Source: Pontiella sp. (GTDB lineage Bacteria; Verrucomicrobiota; Kiritimatiellia; Kiritimatiellales; Pontiellaceae). From it: a DNA stretch of 64,000 nucleotides. Within the stretch, counting starts at the first letter, position 1. Every line of letters begins with the position of its first letter. The stretch is taken from NCBI GenBank assembly GCA_050290185.1, contig JBNKHE010000003.1, positions 270,729-334,728 of the forward strand, given 5' to 3'. The position numbers and the translations under genes are program-made. Under the pieces are notes generated by a model. That model searched no databases and was not told where the DNA came from. It saw nothing but the letters and a program-made list of their open reading frames with translations. Of this stretch, positions 60,703 through 64,000 are shown in pieces.

Positions 60703-61509
60703 ATGAATCTGTTGCTTACCGATCTGAAGGGGCTTGATGAGAGTCCGCTGGCGGAAATTGACGAAACCGTTAAAGCGATCTATCGGCTGATTACATTCAG
60801 CAAGAGCCACAAGGAGTCGGATCTGCTGAATCGTTACCTTGAAGCGATGCAGCATCTTCGCGATGTGCTGAGTATGAAGAATGCGCAGCAGGAAGCGCAG
60901 ACCGAGAACGAGGCACGGGAATACCTCGCCAATCTGAAGCTTGGCGTAAACCTCATTGTCGAAGAAATCGGAGCGGGCCACGGGCTTGAAACCCCGATGG
61001 ATCTCTTTCGGCTTTTCCGGCTTATCGCACCGGAGGCCGCGGCAAGGCATCCGAATCAGTTTCGTTCAACAACCGTTCAGTTCGGACCTTGCCTGGGTGC
61101 AAATCCGGCGCAGGTTTCTAACCTGATTGAGCAGTTGTTCCATGCGGTGCGCGAGATAAAACATCCCGTTACGCGGGCGGTCTATATGCACCATGAACTG
61201 GTGCGGATCCATCCGTTTGTCGATGGCAATGGCCGGCTTAGCCGAATGGCGAAAAACTGGATGCTCATGTACGAACTTTACCCGCCCATGTTTATAAAAA
61301 ACATATCGGATAAGAAGCGCTACATTGCCCGGTTGCAAAAAAGCTTTCTGGCTATCGAAAATGAACCAAACGCATTTCATCCGGCGACTCAGGAGTTCTT
61401 TCAGGATGAGTTCCGCAGGCTCAGAGCCAGTGCAACCTTTATTCTCAACCGCATGCTTAAAAATCCGAACCTTGAATTTTCGGGCGAATCCGAGAACCTG
61501 TTGGGTTAG
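60703..61509 (+). CDS. Fic-domain protein
   Basis: Canonical HPFVDGNGRLSR motif. Confidence 0.92.
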   Translation: MNLLLTDLKGLDESPLAEIDETVKAIYRLITFSKSHKESDLLNRYLEAMQHLRDVLSMKNAQQEAQTENEAREYLANLKLGVNLIVEEIGAGHGLETPMDLFRLFRLIAPEAAARHPNQFRSTTVQFGPCLGANPAQVSNLIEQLFHAVREIKHPVTRAVYMHHELVRIHPFVDGNGRLSRMAKNWMLMYELYPPMFIKNISDKKRYIARLQKSFLAIENEPNAFHPATQEFFQDEFRRLRASATFILNRMLKNPNLEFSGESENLLG

Positions 61510-61548
61510 CACCCCATGGGAAAAGGGGCCCGTGAATAACGGAATCCA

Positions 61549-64000
61549 CTACCAATCGTCGCTTTGAACGAGCGCAATCAATTCCTTGAGCATGGGCGTG
61601 GTTTTGTCTTCATACAGCCGCGGGTGGCGACCGCGGAAGGTGCGGTATTCCTTCTCTTTGGAAAGCATTACCTGCTGATCCCGGACAATGACGGATTTTA
61701 GTCCCTGATCCGCGGCGACGATGCGCAGCTGGGCGATGAGCATCAGGCGCTGCATCTCCGCGGGAAGCTTGCCGAAGCGATCCTTGATCTCGCGTTTGAT
61801 CAGCGTGATTTCTTGTTTGGTGGCCAGGGCGGAGATGCGTTGGTAGAGGCGCAGGCGCAGGTTTTCGTCCTCGATGTATTCATAGGGGATGTAGGCTCCG
61901 CTTGCGGAGGTTCCGGTGGCGGGCGAGAGGTCGAGGAAGTCGAGCTTGACGGCGACGTCCATGAGCGGCGGCGGCTTTTTGCCCTGCATGATGGCGATGG
62001 TGCGTTTGAGCAGCTGGCAGTAGAGGTCGAAGCCGACGGCGGAGATTTGGCCGCTTTGTTTGGCGCCGAGCAGGTTGCCCGCGCCGCGCAGTTCGAGGTC
62101 GCGCAGGGCGAGCCGGAAGCCGGAGCCGAGGCCGGTGTGGCGCTGGATGGCGTTCATGCGGTCGCGCGCGGCGTCGATCATGTCGCCGCCGGGCGAGAGC
62201 ATCAGGTAGGCGAAGGCCTTGTGGTTGGAGCGGCCGACGCGGCCGCGCAGCTGATATAGATCCGAAAGGCCGAAGCGCTCGGCGTTTTCGATAATCATGG
62301 TATTGCAGTTTGGAATATCGACGCCGCTTTCGATGATGGTGGTGCAGAGCAGAACGTCGAACCGCCCCTGCACGAAGGCGTGCATGATTTCGGAGAGTTC
62401 CTTTTCGCCCATTTGTCCGTGCGCGACGGCGATGCGTGCTTCGGGGACGAGCGCGCGCAGGCGGTTGTCGACGTGGTGGATGGTTTTGACGCGGTTGTGC
62501 AGATAGAAGACCTGTCCGCCGCGGTGCAACTCCATGCGGATGGCTTCGGCGATGATTTGCTCGTCGTAGGGAATGACGTTGGTATCGACCGGTTGGCGTT
62601 CCTGCGGCGCGGTCTTGATGGTGCTGAGATCGCGAACGCCGGTGAGGCTCATGTAGAGGGTGCGCGGAATCGGCGTGGCGGACATGGTGATGACGTCGAC
62701 CTGTTTGCGCAGTTCCTTCAAGTGCTCCTTGGCCGTGACGCCAAAGCGCTGTTCCTCGTCGATGATGACTAGCCCGAGGTCCTTGAACTGGACGTCGCCG
62801 GAAAGCAGGCGGTGCGTGCCGATCAGGATGTCGACCTCGCCTTCGGCGGTGCTGAAAATCGTTTTGTTCTGCTGGGCGCGGGTGCGGAAGCGGCTGACCA
62901 TATCGACCCGGATGGGGAAGGCGGCCATGCGTTCGGTGAAGGTGTCGTAGTGCTGCTGTGCGAGAACCGTGGTCGGGACGAGCACGGCGACCTGTGTTCC
63001 GTCCATGACCGCCTTGAACGCGGCGCGCATGGCTACTTCCGTTTTGCCGAACCCGACGTCGCCGCAGAGCAGGCGGTCCATGGGGCGGATCTTTTCCATG
63101 TCGCGCTTGAGTTCATCGGTGGCGGTGAGCTGGTCGGCGGTTTCGGTGTAGGGGAAGGCGGACTCGAACTCGGCCTGCATGGCGGTGTCCTTGGAGAATT
63201 GATAGCCGCGCTTGGCCTGCCGTTCGGCCTGGGTTTGCAGCAACTTGGCGGCGATATCCTGGACGGCGTCCTGGGCGCTCTCCTTGTCGTTGCGCCACTT
63301 GCGTCCGCCGAGCGTGTGCGGCTTCGGGGTCTGCTTGCCCATGCCTTTGTAGCGGGTCAGCAGGTGTGCCTGCGTGACGGGCAGGTAGACCTTTTCGCCT
63401 TTGGCGTATTCGATCGACAGCACTTCCATGCTTTTTCCGCTGAAGGAGGTTTCGACGATGCCGAGGTATTTCCCGACGCCGTGCTCGACATGCACGACGA
63501 AGTCGCCCGGCTGGATGTCGGCGGCTTCGGACACGCGTTCCTGCTGCTTATGGAAACGCCTGGCGGTGCGGGCATGGGCGCTGCGGTTGGTGTGGTAGGC
63601 GTAGAAATCGCTTTCCGTGACGATCAGGATCTTGCGGGCATGGTCGATCGCGCTTTCGTGGAGGACACCGTGGTGGAGCTGAAGGGCATCGAAGCCGTCG
63701 ATGTCTTCGTAGAGTTCCCTGAAGCGCGTCAGTGTTCCCTTGGTTTCGAAGAATAGGTGTATGTTCCAGCCTTGGGACAGGTCGGCGCAACGTTGCTCTA
63801 CAAACCGGCGGCGGGCCTGTTCCGCCGCCTTGGGATGAAGGTCGAACGAGACGGCCTGGAGGTTGGTGTCGTAAAACTCAAAACCCGAAGTGAGGCGTGA
63901 CGATTGAGGCGTGATTGGAGGAGTTTCTGCCTCCGAGCTCCATGCGCTATGCTCCATGCCCACTATTAGGGTGTTTCCGGGGAGGAGGTCGAGGAGGTTG
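61549..64000 (-). CDS. mfd: Transcription-repair coupling factor Mfd (partial, 5' part beyond window end)
   Basis: VVHVEHGVGKY, GDVGFGKTEVA, DEEQRFG, SATPIPRT, QLRGRVGR, DLELRGAGNLLG; frame stays open to 64000. Confidence 0.97.
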   Translation of the reverse strand, partial: NLLDLLPGNTLIVGMEHSAWSSEAETPPITPQSSRLTSGFEFYDTNLQAVSFDLHPKAAEQARRRFVEQRCADLSQGWNIHLFFETKGTLTRFRELYEDIDGFDALQLHHGVLHESAIDHARKILIVTESDFYAYHTNRSAHARTARRFHKQQERVSEAADIQPGDFVVHVEHGVGKYLGIVETSFSGKSMEVLSIEYAKGEKVYLPVTQAHLLTRYKGMGKQTPKPHTLGGRKWRNDKESAQDAVQDIAAKLLQTQAERQAKRGYQFSKDTAMQAEFESAFPYTETADQLTATDELKRDMEKIRPMDRLLCGDVGFGKTEVAMRAAFKAVMDGTQVAVLVPTTVLAQQHYDTFTERMAAFPIRVDMVSRFRTRAQQNKTIFSTAEGEVDILIGTHRLLSGDVQFKDLGLVIIDEEQRFGVTAKEHLKELRKQVDVITMSATPIPRTLYMSLTGVRDLSTIKTAPQERQPVDTNVIPYDEQIIAEAIRMELHRGGQVFYLHNRVKTIHHVDNRLRALVPEARIAVAHGQMGEKELSEIMHAFVQGRFDVLLCTTIIESGVDIPNCNTMIIENAERFGLSDLYQLRGRVGRSNHKAFAYLMLSPGGDMIDAARDRMNAIQRHTGLGSGFRLALRDLELRGAGNLLGAKQSGQISAVGFDLYCQLLKRTIAIMQGKKPPPLMDVAVKLDFLDLSPATGTSASGAYIPYEYIEDENLRLRLYQRISALATKQEITLIKREIKDRFGKLPAEMQRLMLIAQLRIVAADQGLKSVIVRDQQVMLSKEKEYRTFRGRHPRLYEDKTTPMLKELIALVQSDDW

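Overview
Bacterial chromosomal window; gene content and repeat style suggest a PVC-superphylum organism (Kiritimatiellota/Verrucomicrobia-like), which is inference only. Positions 1-47 kb are mostly housekeeping: aroC-tat cluster, tRNA-Arg(TCT), FMN-riboswitch rib operon with nusB/ftsY, TPP riboswitch-thiC, purF, gpmI, lptCAB-hpf-hprK-ptsH-ptsI, coaE-rho, folB, accA and recN. Positions 47-61.5 kb are accessory-looking and hold four things: (i) an operon of a membrane-anchor-less FtsK, a HEAT/LRV-repeat protein and two paralogous small coiled-coil proteins; (ii) a large secreted beta-helix/PKD protein; (iii) an AT-rich, translationally coupled four-gene cassette (N6-adenine DNA methyltransferase, MORC/GHKL-ATPase-histidine-kinase fusion, receiver-domain protein, soluble ComEC-type metallo-beta-lactamase nuclease), the best candidate for an uncharacterised phosphorelay-gated defence system; (iv) a fic gene between two 89%-identical copies of the mfd 3' end, marking mfd as an insertion site. 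Heptamer tandem-repeat elements and REP-like palindromes are scattered, one in frame inside mfd. All calls come from reading motifs by eye; no searches were run.
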